A stretch of DNA of 64,000 nucleotides. Source: Woeseia sp. (lineage in GTDB: Bacteria; Pseudomonadota; Gammaproteobacteria; Steroidobacterales; Woeseiaceae). Under the pieces are notes generated by a model. That model was not told the DNA's origin. It searched no databases and saw only the letters and a list, made by a program, of their open reading frames with translations. Each line of letters opens with the position of its first letter. Position 1 is the first letter of the stretch. The stretch lies in assembly GCA_037968755.1 (NCBI GenBank), contig JBBKWB010000020.1, positions 2,228 through 66,227 on the forward strand, read 5' to 3'. Positions 47,378 to 56,283 of the stretch are shown here, one piece after another. The position numbers were made by a program, and so were the translations under genes.

Positions 47378-47596
47378 TTGGCTGACAAATTGGCGTGGGT
47401 AAAAGAGTATATCGGTGACGTCGCTTACAAGCGCTTGATCCTTTCTCACCACAAGAATCTGAATCGGGGCGACTTTCTCGTGGACGATCGCCCAAATAAT
47501 GGTGCTGATCGGTTTGCCGGTAAACTAATCTTGTTCGGGTCCGACAGTTTTTCGGACTGGTCGGCCGTTTTGAAATATCTGAAAGCGCGAGCATGA
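47378..47596 (+). pseudogene. C-terminal fragment of a 5'(3')-deoxyribonucleotidase (NT5C/HAD)-like gene
   Basis: The 72-aa ORF (KLAWVKEYIG...GDFLVDDRPNNG...ILFGS) matches only the C-terminal third of NT5C-type phosphatases. Its reading frame runs straight into the tRNA fragment. Confidence 0.5.
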
Positions 47597-47770
47597 GATG
47601 ATTGCAACACGTATGTCTTTATCGCTCGCGCGTCATGCTTTCTCGATAAGTTCCGCGTGCTTCGGTTTGTTGGCACCATCGCCGAACTTGCGAGCGGCAA
47701 GACCGTTAATAGGCCGTCTGCCTAATCCAACTTTAGCGGTTGTCATTCTTTCGTCGCCTCGCCATGTCAA

Positions 47771-48199
47771 TCAAACAACCTGTTTATTAGTGAGTCCGTC
47801 AACAGTCTCCGGCGCCATTTCATATAGCCAGCCCCCTACTGATCTAATCCTCTCGTAGAAATTCTCGTCCACCATTGCAGCGTCAAGATAATTTTGGCTA
47901 TTCAATATCTTGTTCGCGCCGCGTATAACGCGCGTAACTATTAATCCGGGAATGAACGCCCACCAATGCCATGTAAATGATAAGTAGACCGAATAGACCA
48001 GCGCTCCGAGCGCGATCCAGTTCCAAAAATGTCCGGCTGCGTTTGCTGTCGTTGTGGTCGGTCCCAGACCCGGAGTATCGAGAATCTTCGCGGCGATATC
48101 GATATCCATGCCTAGATTAAGTTTTCCCGCGCGTCGCAACTCCAACATCTCGGCGTGACGGATACTCACTTCTTCGCTCGTAAATTCCCGCATCGTCAA
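47771..48199 (-). CDS. hypothetical membrane protein (islet cargo)
   Basis: 142-aa ORF with AGGAGA upstream and two hydrophobic helices. No family recognised. Confidence 0.4.
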   Translation of the reverse strand: MTMREFTSEEVSIRHAEMLELRRAGKLNLGMDIDIAAKILDTPGLGPTTTTANAAGHFWNWIALGALVYSVYLSFTWHWWAFIPGLIVTRVIRGANKILNSQNYLDAAMVDENFYERIRSVGGWLYEMAPETVDGLTNKQVV

Positions 48200-48446
48200 C
48201 CTATTTCTCCTTTCGCTAGACTATTGATCGTTATGGTTGACTGTTAGGCTGACCGCCCCAAAGGTTTACCGCAATATGTACGCGGTTGCCGCCATATTGT
48301 TGGCTTTTCCCGCCTCTATTCCTTAGAGCGAATCCCGCGCCAGTTTGTTGCACTAAGGACGGTGACACAGTGAACCAGATGGTAAGTGTCTATTTGAAGG
48401 AAATCAGGGCTTAAGTCGCAGTTCGATACAGCGAAGTATCAAATAA

Positions 48447-49479
48447 CTACACACTGCAATATGTCGTTCGAACTGAGGTACGTTGACTAATCTCGATCTC
48501 GCCCGGATGCGGTACGACATCTTCAGTTAAGCGATGAACGAGCCAATGGTCTGCTCCGGAACAACGCTCCCATTGGTTAGCAGAAAACACTATCTCCATT
48601 CCCGCTAGGTCAGACGGTTTCGGCAAACCTCTTATCCGAATCTCAGGTTCACCTTGTAAGTCATCACCGTCCCACTTTAAGTCTTGAATGGAAACGCGGT
48701 CCGCATAACGTGGCCTATTTTTTTCAAAGTATTCTGCGCATTGACTCTAACTCCGAGTCGATGTTCAGCAACCTGAATCGTTCCGGAAATACGTGCTCGA
48801 AGACACTAAGTGCTCCCAGACCAAACTGTGATGTTGACTTAATCGCGTGATCCAAAAACAGTTCACCGCTATGAAAGTAGCGCATCTGGACAGTACTCTG
48901 GTCAACACCCTATTCAAGCGTCATGCCGCTTGAAACTTCTCTTTCATTCGGGTGCGCTCCAAACTCAATCGTTCGCACGTACAATTGAACTATTTTCTCA
49001 TGAAGACGCGAGTCCTTAGTCTGAAGAGCGTTCACAACGTTTACATGCATGAACTCCCGTCGGCACCTCTTTAACGAAGGTCCATCGTCATGGCGACGTA
49101 TCCACACTTTCCCTAACTCAGGATTCACGTTTATGTGTAGGGCATAAAGAGCATATTCGATGCAGGAACGAAGTACCGGAAATGTTTCCGCAACCTGTCC
49201 GCTACAAGCCAGCCTAGCGGAAGCGCGATATGCCGAGTGAGCGCGAACTAGAAGAAAAGATGCCAGGAAATCTGACGGGTTTGAGAGGTTTTCCACAATC
49301 TTGTGAAACGCTTTATCGACTCTCAGCAGAGTTTCGAACTGTGGTCGTTTCCGAACAAACGTCGCCAAAGAATTGTTGAATGCGTCTGTAAAGGACTCGG
49401 AGAGTTGATCGTCGCCCCAGTAAGGTGGCAGCGGCAGAGTCGTTTCAAAGTTGGACATGGCGAGTCCTCGAAGGGACAA
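48447..49479 (-). pseudogene. decayed hypothetical gene (in-frame TAG plus probable frameshift)
   Basis: The 189-codon ORF 48910-49479 ends at TAG. The same frame stays open for 61 more codons to 48724. A 99-codon open stretch in the adjacent frame then continues to 48447. Confidence 0.5.
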
Positions 49480-49610
49480 GGCCCGGAGGCTGAATAATCA
49501 CTGTATCCGCCGCTTAACTTGCTGTGCGGCTCTTTGCTAAGCGATGTTAAAGCTACTCAACGCATAGCTTACCAATTGTTCCGGACACATGGTTTACACT
49601 TTGTTCTGAA

Positions 49611-49661
49611 TGGTGGCCAGCGGCGGAATCGAACCACCGACACGCGGATTTTCAGAACGCA
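49611..49661 (-). other. tRNA-Phe(GAA)-like 3' fragment ending GCTGGCCACCA, att-like direct repeat copy 2
   Basis: Same 34-nt core (49623-49656), with a proper discriminator plus CCA. The sequence where the 5' half should be does not pair with the acceptor 3' strand. Confidence 0.7.
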
Positions 49662-49735
49662 GTCGGAGGCGGTTTGTCTATGTTCTTCAATTTGTTGCCC
49701 GCGCGTCCGTCATCCAGGCTGCATCACTGCGCAGT

Positions 49736-50671
49736 TTAATGAATGGCTGACTCAATATTTTCGCATCGCACCAGCTCCGGCCGCGCCGCAAGACTATCAG
49801 CCGTGACCAGATCCAAAACCAGCCCAACACGCTCTAGCGCCACCAAAACCCACCAACCCGGATCCCACTGCCCAGGCTCAAGTCCGAGCCTGGCCGAACC
49901 CGGGTACGCATGATGATTGTTGTGCCAGCTCTCACCCATTGTCAGTAGCGCGGCAAACGGCACATTGAAACCCTGCACAGCTGCGCCGTTGACATGCCAG
50001 TCGCGATGCCCGGTGTTGTGAGCAAAATGCCCGATAAGCCAATGACCCAGGATCGATACACTCACGCGGCTGCAAATGCCCCAGAACACCCAGGCCCAGC
50101 CGCCGATGGCGAAGAAAACAAGCGCCCATGGCAGCTGTTGCAACATCCAGTGCTTTTCCATGAACTGATGCACGCGGTCATTGGCAATCTCTGGCTCAAT
50201 CGCGATCTCTGGCGGGTTATCGAGCCGGATCGAGCAGAACAACTGCCACCAGAAATCCCGGTACCAGGACTCACTGTGTGAAAAATAGCTGTGGCATTCG
50301 GGTTGACGTTGCGCCCAGTCCCGGAGGTCATGCGTCTGCAACATGCCGAACGGCCCTGCCAGGCCCACCAGCACACCAAGATGTACGAACAGGTATTCCA
50401 TCCAGCTTGGGCAGTTATAGCTGCGGTGGATGAAGCGGCGATGCATCCCGAGCGAGTGCCCGAGGCACAACGTAATGCCTGTTGAGACCACGAACAGCAA
50501 CAGCGCACTTGTCGAGAACGTTAACGCGCTGCCGATGGTGCCGAGAAGAAACATTGAACCGACCCAGATGACCTTTACGGAGTCTGCGCAGACGGTGCCC
50601 CGCAGTGCGTCGGCACGATCTTCAGGTCGATCAATCCGGGGGTTTGCATAGGCATTGATTTTTTTAGTCAC
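49736..50671 (-). CDS. membrane fatty-acid (acyl-CoA/acyl-lipid delta-9-type) desaturase
   Basis: Histidine boxes HSLGMHRRFIHRS, HNTGH and WHNNHHAYPGSA. Multiple TM helices. Confidence 0.85.
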   Translation of the reverse strand: MTKKINAYANPRIDRPEDRADALRGTVCADSVKVIWVGSMFLLGTIGSALTFSTSALLLFVVSTGITLCLGHSLGMHRRFIHRSYNCPSWMEYLFVHLGVLVGLAGPFGMLQTHDLRDWAQRQPECHSYFSHSESWYRDFWWQLFCSIRLDNPPEIAIEPEIANDRVHQFMEKHWMLQQLPWALVFFAIGGWAWVFWGICSRVSVSILGHWLIGHFAHNTGHRDWHVNGAAVQGFNVPFAALLTMGESWHNNHHAYPGSARLGLEPGQWDPGWWVLVALERVGLVLDLVTADSLAARPELVRCENIESAIH

Positions 50672-51629
50672 GGATAATTACCACTTCGATCAGATGGCTA
50701 GCCATCGCTCGCATCGCGTACTGTTGAACGGGCTGGAAATACCAGGCCGGGTCGAGGCGACGCTCATAGCTAACGGTTAATGAAACATGGGTGAGGCCGT
50801 TCTCGTCGGTCACGAACTGGATATCAGATCCGACCAACGTCACATAGGAAGAGAAAAAGCTGGTGTCGCGAACAAACGAGACGGTGACCCGCTCGGGCGT
50901 TACGGAGTCGATGCGCAGTTCAATTACGCCCTCATGTGTGTTGGTGACGAACCAGCGGTGATAGCGCGTATGCACACGGTGGATATCGCCCGCTGCGAGT
51001 GAGCCGGCCTCGATGGAATGCGGCATCGGAAAAAGGCCCAGCATCCAGTCATCACTGCTCGGTAGCTCAAACGGCGTTGCAAGGTTTTGCAGCAATTGTT
51101 CGCTCGGGATCGTAGTCGTCGCCGTTGCGCTTGCCATGTTGTGTCGGTCGAAGGTGGTCACATCAGAGGTCCCCTCGATCGACAGGAATGCGATCAGTAG
51201 AGGAATGGCCGTCGCATAGGTATTGCCTTTGCGCCCGCTCCGGGCGACACCGATCCAGCTTGCGATGAACGCCAGCGTGACGCCGAAGAAGTAGATCGGC
51301 ATGAAGAACAGTACGCAGATAAAACCCTCGAACAGCACCGTGGAGCTGGCCAGAAAAACGACCAGCGCCGTTACCGAGTGGCTGACGTACCGCGCCCACC
51401 ACTTGTCGTTGTCTTTGTATGGCCGCAGCAGGGTGATCAGCACCGCAACGACGTAGGGCACGGCGAGGTATAACAAGGCGGTGTGGTCCAGGTCATGCCG
51501 AATGAGTTGCTGGATCACGAGCGACGCAAGCCCGGTGATGAACAGCACTGCAAGCATGACAATGCGCTTTTGCCCGTATCGGTCCTGAAGGCCGTCCAGC
51601 CATTCGTCCCAGTACTTGCGTCTCGTCAC
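50664..51629 (-). CDS. hypothetical membrane protein with soluble C-terminal domain
   Basis: 321-aa ORF. About 5 N-terminal TM helices. 8-nt overlap with the desaturase gene start. Confidence 0.5.
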   Translation of the reverse strand: MTRRKYWDEWLDGLQDRYGQKRIVMLAVLFITGLASLVIQQLIRHDLDHTALLYLAVPYVVAVLITLLRPYKDNDKWWARYVSHSVTALVVFLASSTVLFEGFICVLFFMPIYFFGVTLAFIASWIGVARSGRKGNTYATAIPLLIAFLSIEGTSDVTTFDRHNMASATATTTIPSEQLLQNLATPFELPSSDDWMLGLFPMPHSIEAGSLAAGDIHRVHTRYHRWFVTNTHEGVIELRIDSVTPERVTVSFVRDTSFFSSYVTLVGSDIQFVTDENGLTHVSLTVSYERRLDPAWYFQPVQQYAMRAMASHLIEVVIIRD

Positions 51630-51761
51630 CTGATACTCCCGATTCCAGTACGTATTGGGATCGTAGATTCAGGTCAACGGCGCTGGCCTCCTGTTTGATC
51701 TTTCAGGAACAGGTACTTCGGGAATGCTTTTGATTCAGGGGGTTACAGAGATCCGGAATGA

Positions 51762-52823
51762 TCAGTCAGGAGTGTCTCGATAGGCCCCGGGCGCCATTCC
51801 CGCAATCTCCCGGAAGGCGGCGTAGAAATTCGACTGCGAACGAAAGCCCGTCGCCAGGCTGATCGACAGGATCGAGGCGTTTTTGTCTTCCATCAGCAAG
51901 CGCTTGGCCTCGGCTATGCGTTGTTCTCGTACGTACTGCGAAAAACCAGTGCCGAAGCGCGTATTGATGAGTTCGGACAACTGATGCCCGGACAGGCCAA
52001 TGGCCTCGGCCAGCATCTTTAGATTCAGGTTCTCATTCTGGTAGAGCTTGTCGGCCGACATTGCCTGTTCCAGGTCACGGACTTTCGTGTCGATATCGAC
52101 ATCATTGAGCGTGGTTTTGGCGTAGGTGATGCGGGCAACGTCGGTGATGTCGTCAAGCATCTCCGGGAATACGATCAGTGCGGCGACCACCAGCAACAAG
52201 GCAACGCCCGTAAAATTTGCGTACGAGATGTAGAACACCGACGCATCGAGGTACGGCACAAGAACAAAGAGCAGCAACACCAGGATGGCGAGGACAGCAA
52301 AGAAGCCGAAGAAAAACATCTCGAAGCGAAACCGTCCTACATGGCGGCGCATGCCGTAAACGATACGTACAAGCCAGATTGAGTAACCAGCGCCAATCGC
52401 GAGTGCGACCGGTGCCACAACGTTGACGAGCATGAACAAACCCAGCAGCACCGGAATAACATGCGGTAATTGCCACAGCGACCAGGTGGAATCGGGTAGC
52501 AAGAGTTCGCGGCTGAAGAAATAGAACGCGGGCGGTGTCGCCAGTAGCAGCACTACGTAGGGACGATGCTCGAACAGATCACCTGCACCGAGAAGCAGGT
52601 AGCTGAAGTGATACAGCTGCAGGCCCGCCAGCGACAGCAGCAAAACGGCGCAGGCTGATTTTCCTGCGATCGTTTTCTGCATGTTCGCTAGAAAGAACAG
52701 GTAGGCGAGGAGCAAGATGGCCGCTGCAAAGACAGAGAAGCCAATGATTAGCAGCGTAACAATGTGAACCGCGGGCAATGACATTGCTGAGAGTCTACCG
52801 TAGATCGGTCGAACCACCGACAC
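51762..52823 (-). CDS. membrane-anchored AraC-family transcriptional regulator
   Basis: About 6 TM helices, then an AraC HTH region (LKMLAEAIGLSGHQLSELINTRFG...LATGFRSQSNFYAAFREIAG). The start is GTG 52823 or, perhaps more likely, ATG 52784. Confidence 0.8.
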   Translation of the reverse strand: MSVVRPIYGRLSAMSLPAVHIVTLLIIGFSVFAAAILLLAYLFFLANMQKTIAGKSACAVLLLSLAGLQLYHFSYLLLGAGDLFEHRPYVVLLLATPPAFYFFSRELLLPDSTWSLWQLPHVIPVLLGLFMLVNVVAPVALAIGAGYSIWLVRIVYGMRRHVGRFRFEMFFFGFFAVLAILVLLLFVLVPYLDASVFYISYANFTGVALLLVVAALIVFPEMLDDITDVARITYAKTTLNDVDIDTKVRDLEQAMSADKLYQNENLNLKMLAEAIGLSGHQLSELINTRFGTGFSQYVREQRIAEAKRLLMEDKNASILSISLATGFRSQSNFYAAFREIAGMAPGAYRDTPD

Positions 52824-52835
52824 AGGGTTCGATTC
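52809..52835. repeat. degenerate third copy of the tRNA-Phe T-arm core, arranged as an inverted repeat
   Basis: TCGAACCACCGACAC (15/15 match to the att core) is followed by GGGTTCGATTC, whose reverse complement GAATCGAACCC resembles the core start GGAATCGAACC. Confidence 0.45.
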
Positions 52836-52857
52836 AGTGAGTCATGTTAGGAGAGAT

Positions 52858-54138
52858 TCATTTCGCACTCCGAGAAGCGTCGCGTTCCTTATGTCCTGTT
52901 ATCAAGCGCGCACCACGCCCATAGGTCAGGTACTGCCATAGCCAGTTGCTGGCGACAACGATCGGGCTGCGCACGCCAATGAGGAAATAGATGTGAGCGA
53001 TTCCCCATGCCCACCAGGCGATAAACCCCGACAAGCGCAGATGGGGAAGTTCGATAACAGCGGATTTGCGGCCAATTGTTGCGAGGTGGCCGGCGTGTCG
53101 ATAGTTGAACGGTGCAGGCGCTTTCTTCGAATCCAGACGCGCTCGGATCACCTTTGCAACGTATCGCCCTTGCTGTTTTGCCGCCGGTGCTATGCCAGGT
53201 ACTGGCTTGCCGTTCTTGTCATTAACAGCCGCCGTGTCGCCGACTACGAAAATATTGGGGTGGCCGGGCACAGACAAGTCAGCGTCCACAACAACACGCC
53301 CGGCTCGATCGATGTCGGCACCAATCCAGTTGCCTGCGGGCGACGCTGCGACGCCCGCCGCCCACAATACAGTGGACGAAGGAATCTTATTGCCGCCCAC
53401 AATGACGCCGTTCGCGTCGCAATGCGTAACCGCCTCTCCCAGCAGCACCTCGACACCAAGTTTCTCGAGTGCTTCCTGGGCGTAAGTCGACAACTTCTCA
53501 GTAAATGCCGTCAAGACGCGTGGGCCTGCCTCAACCAACAGTACGCGCGCACTGCGCGAATCTATTCGCCTGAAGTCAGCGGCCAGGGTTCTCCTCGCGA
53601 GCTCGGCAATCGTGCCGGCCAATTCAACGCCGGTCGGTCCCGCGCCAACCACTACGAAGTTCAGTAATCGTTCGCGCTCTTGCACGTCGTCCGTCATCTC
53701 GGCACGCTCGAACGCCATCAGCACGCGCCGGCGGATGGCCGTTGCATCGTCGATACTCTTCAGGCCAGGCGCGAATTCCTCCCACGCCTCGTGTCCAAAA
53801 TAGGCGTGCCGCGCGCCTGTAGCAATCACCAGGTAGTCGTACGGCACTCTATGCTCAGGTGTAATGACTTCTTTTGCAGCCCTGTCCACACCCGTTACCC
53901 GGCTGAGCAGCACGGTCGCGTTTTTTTGTTTACGCAAAATGCCCCGAATTGGCCAGGCCACATCCGAGGGCGCCAAGCCGGCAGTGGCTACCTGGTAGAG
54001 CAAGGGTTGAAACAGGTGATAGTTGTGTTGATCAATTAAGGTGACATCAACATTCGCGCGGCGCAGCCCGCGTGTCGCAAACAGGCCGGCAAAACCGGCT
54101 CCCACGATTACGACTCTCTTTTTTACGTTACTGTCCAT
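52858..54138 (-). CDS. ndh: type II NADH dehydrogenase (NDH-2)
   Basis: Two dinucleotide-binding motifs, VVIVGAGFAGL and VVVGAGPTGVELAG. C-terminal membrane-anchoring helix. Confidence 0.85.
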   Translation of the reverse strand: MDSNVKKRVVIVGAGFAGLFATRGLRRANVDVTLIDQHNYHLFQPLLYQVATAGLAPSDVAWPIRGILRKQKNATVLLSRVTGVDRAAKEVITPEHRVPYDYLVIATGARHAYFGHEAWEEFAPGLKSIDDATAIRRRVLMAFERAEMTDDVQERERLLNFVVVGAGPTGVELAGTIAELARRTLAADFRRIDSRSARVLLVEAGPRVLTAFTEKLSTYAQEALEKLGVEVLLGEAVTHCDANGVIVGGNKIPSSTVLWAAGVAASPAGNWIGADIDRAGRVVVDADLSVPGHPNIFVVGDTAAVNDKNGKPVPGIAPAAKQQGRYVAKVIRARLDSKKAPAPFNYRHAGHLATIGRKSAVIELPHLRLSGFIAWWAWGIAHIYFLIGVRSPIVVASNWLWQYLTYGRGARLITGHKERDASRSAK

Positions 54139-54604
54139 TTGCGTAGTCGTCCTGGTACAGCCAGCTGCGGCACCTTTCGTTCTCTGCAGGCATGTTCTGG
54201 TACAACCACAACATGCGGTCGAGAAGCCAGCAACGAACGCAACGGCATCCAGTACGAAAAGGCCGTAAACCGCAGGTGCGAAACCGGCAAGAGTGATCAG
54301 GTTGAGGATACACTGGCCCGCCGTTGATGGCCGAGAATCGCCGTCAACGAGTGCTGGTTGCCACGTTCAAGTAAACTTTTTGCGAGAATCTATACACGTA
54401 TTGGGCCTTGCGGAAACATCCTTTACTTGAGCTTTGAGCGAGTTCCGCAGCGGGATTCAGCCCTCTTCCGAGGTGCACTCTGCTCGAACGGATCGGGGCC
54501 GAAACCGGGTCAGGGATATAGTCCATACACACTGTGACACCCATCGTGTCCGTGCCAATTATTCCATCCTATGATTGGTGCAGATTGTCTGAGAGGCGCG
54601 CGAT

Positions 54605-55132
54605 ATGAGATCCGCTGCAATGTTAGCCCTGGTTACGGTATTGGCCGGTTGTGCTTCCAGTTCGACCCCGGTGGTTGACGCGGTCGAGGAGGAATACGGA
54701 ACGCCCGATCTGACGGTTCAAGCGTTCATCCCGCCCATTATCATGGCGGGGTCGGGCGCCACCATTTACCTTTCAGACCTCGTAGCTAACGTCGGCGAAG
54801 CCCGTTCGGCCGAATCGACCGTTCGCTACTACATTTCCGATGAACCGGAGATAGATGTCCGCACGGCGATCGTAATCGGCGAGCGAACGCTGCGATCGCT
54901 TGGCCCCAAGGAGAAAGACCAGAGCATGGAACTGCCCTTCGTCATTCCGATGGGGGTGGGTGTGCCGCCACTATTCCTGGCAGCGTGTGTCAACGTCGAC
55001 GATACGTTGGTCGAAATCAACAAGAGCAACAATTGCGCGACCAGCGAATCTGTCAACAATTCGATGTACATGACCCCCGCAATATACGATGGCATTGGCG
55101 TCATGCCGGGCCTCGATCAATTGCAGAGATGA
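54605..55132 (+). CDS. lipoprotein with CARDB-like domain
   Basis: Lipobox VLAGC. DLTVQ...GATIYLSDLVANVGEARSAESTVRYYIS fits the CARDB pattern. Confidence 0.55.
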   Translation: MRSAAMLALVTVLAGCASSSTPVVDAVEEEYGTPDLTVQAFIPPIIMAGSGATIYLSDLVANVGEARSAESTVRYYISDEPEIDVRTAIVIGERTLRSLGPKEKDQSMELPFVIPMGVGVPPLFLAACVNVDDTLVEINKSNNCATSESVNNSMYMTPAIYDGIGVMPGLDQLQR

Positions 55133-55198
55133 CGGACGTTTCACTTCGTACTCTGAAGCTGCAATTTGATTAGGCCGTTGATACCCGAATCGCTACAA

Positions 55199-55477
55199 AT
55201 GTTTTTGATGATGTGCCCCGCTCTGCTGGCCTTTATCGCCTACCTGTATTCAGCGAGCAAGCTTGATAGAGAAGTGCGCCGTAGGCACCCGGCGATTTGG
55301 GATCGAATAATCGGTGAGAAAGACAGACACTGGAGCTCGAACGCTTTTCGTCTGTTCTTGAAGGGCAAAGCGCTTCGCGCTCTCGACGATGAAGATATCT
55401 CAAAACAGCTCAACTTGATCCGGTACATTTTTTGGGCGTTTTTGTTGGGGCTGGTTTTCGCGTTTCTTTTTGCTTAG
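55199..55477 (+). CDS. small membrane protein
   Basis: The ORF opens at TTG 55166; the first ATG (55199) gives MFLMMCPALLAFIAYLY. Two TM helices. Confidence 0.35.
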   Translation: MFLMMCPALLAFIAYLYSASKLDREVRRRHPAIWDRIIGEKDRHWSSNAFRLFLKGKALRALDDEDISKQLNLIRYIFWAFLLGLVFAFLFA

Positions 55478-55559
55478 CCGCCTCCCCGAAAACAAACCCT
55501 GGCCAGAATTCGGCGGTCTAATCGCCCAGTCCGATATCAGCACCGCCAGGTGTGTGCGA

Positions 55560-56258
55560 CTACTCGCTCGGCGATGCGGCGCGACCACCGGCCATTCCGT
55601 GACGCCACCAGATACGGGCGACGACCACGTAGTAACCGCTGACCACGACAAAGGCATTCCACGCACCGATGTTATTGGTCTGGTGCCGTGGCGCACCCAG
55701 CCACTTTGCCAGTTCCATGGCAATGGCCAGCGCCGGCGGTGCAATACAAAGCACGACCAGCCAGCGATAGAGTTTCCGCGTCGTCTCGATCCGCATCGGG
55801 CGGTACAGGGCAATAAACAGAATTTGTACAATCAGGTTGCCAAGCGCGAAACCGTCGATACTAATTCGTCGCAGCTGCCGGAAATCATCCCCTTTAAAAC
55901 CCAGGGCGATCACATGGACTACCAGTGACAGCGCTGCAAGCACACTGAATACCCGTATTAAGACCACTCGCGATGAAGGCTTGCCGCCCGGTTGCAGAAA
56001 TGCGGCGATTCGATGCCACAACAGAACAAGGGTGACGGCCGACAACACCATACCGGACTTGAATATCAGGCTTTCAGGCACGGCACGTCCCGCCGCACTA
56101 ACCGTGGTGCAACCCGAGACATACGGAATGCACGCTGGCAGATGCTCTACGGCAACCGCCACCAGGTAGCTAATATTGATCGTGACGAGCGGCAACACTG
56201 CGACCGAAAGCGGCAGGTAATGCAGGTACCGACTATTCGTATGTGTCATGCACAACAT
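55560..56258 (-). CDS. hypothetical polytopic membrane protein
   Basis: 232-aa ORF with about 6 hydrophobic helices. No family recognised. Confidence 0.45.
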   Translation of the reverse strand: MLCMTHTNSRYLHYLPLSVAVLPLVTINISYLVAVAVEHLPACIPYVSGCTTVSAAGRAVPESLIFKSGMVLSAVTLVLLWHRIAAFLQPGGKPSSRVVLIRVFSVLAALSLVVHVIALGFKGDDFRQLRRISIDGFALGNLIVQILFIALYRPMRIETTRKLYRWLVVLCIAPPALAIAMELAKWLGAPRHQTNNIGAWNAFVVVSGYYVVVARIWWRHGMAGGRAASPSE

Positions 56259-56283
56259 TATGCACGCACGTTGACCGCGTTCG

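Noticed and set aside
49611-49700. Possible intact tRNA-Phe gene (and likewise at 47326-47400)
   Set aside because: The anticodon loop, variable loop, T-arm and 3' acceptor are present. However, the 31 nt where positions 1-31 should be cannot pair with the acceptor 3' strand (GGCCAGC would be needed, GAACATA is found) and have no D-arm. In addition, 2 of the 5 anticodon-stem pairs are mismatched.
54139-54330. In-frame upstream extension of NDH-2 encoding a TM-like segment (LNLITLAGFAPAVYGLFVLDAVAFVAGF)
   Set aside because: No ATG, GTG or TTG start is available in that extension before MDSNVKK. NDH-2 proteins normally begin right at the Rossmann motif, so this is probably a chance open frame in GC-rich DNA.
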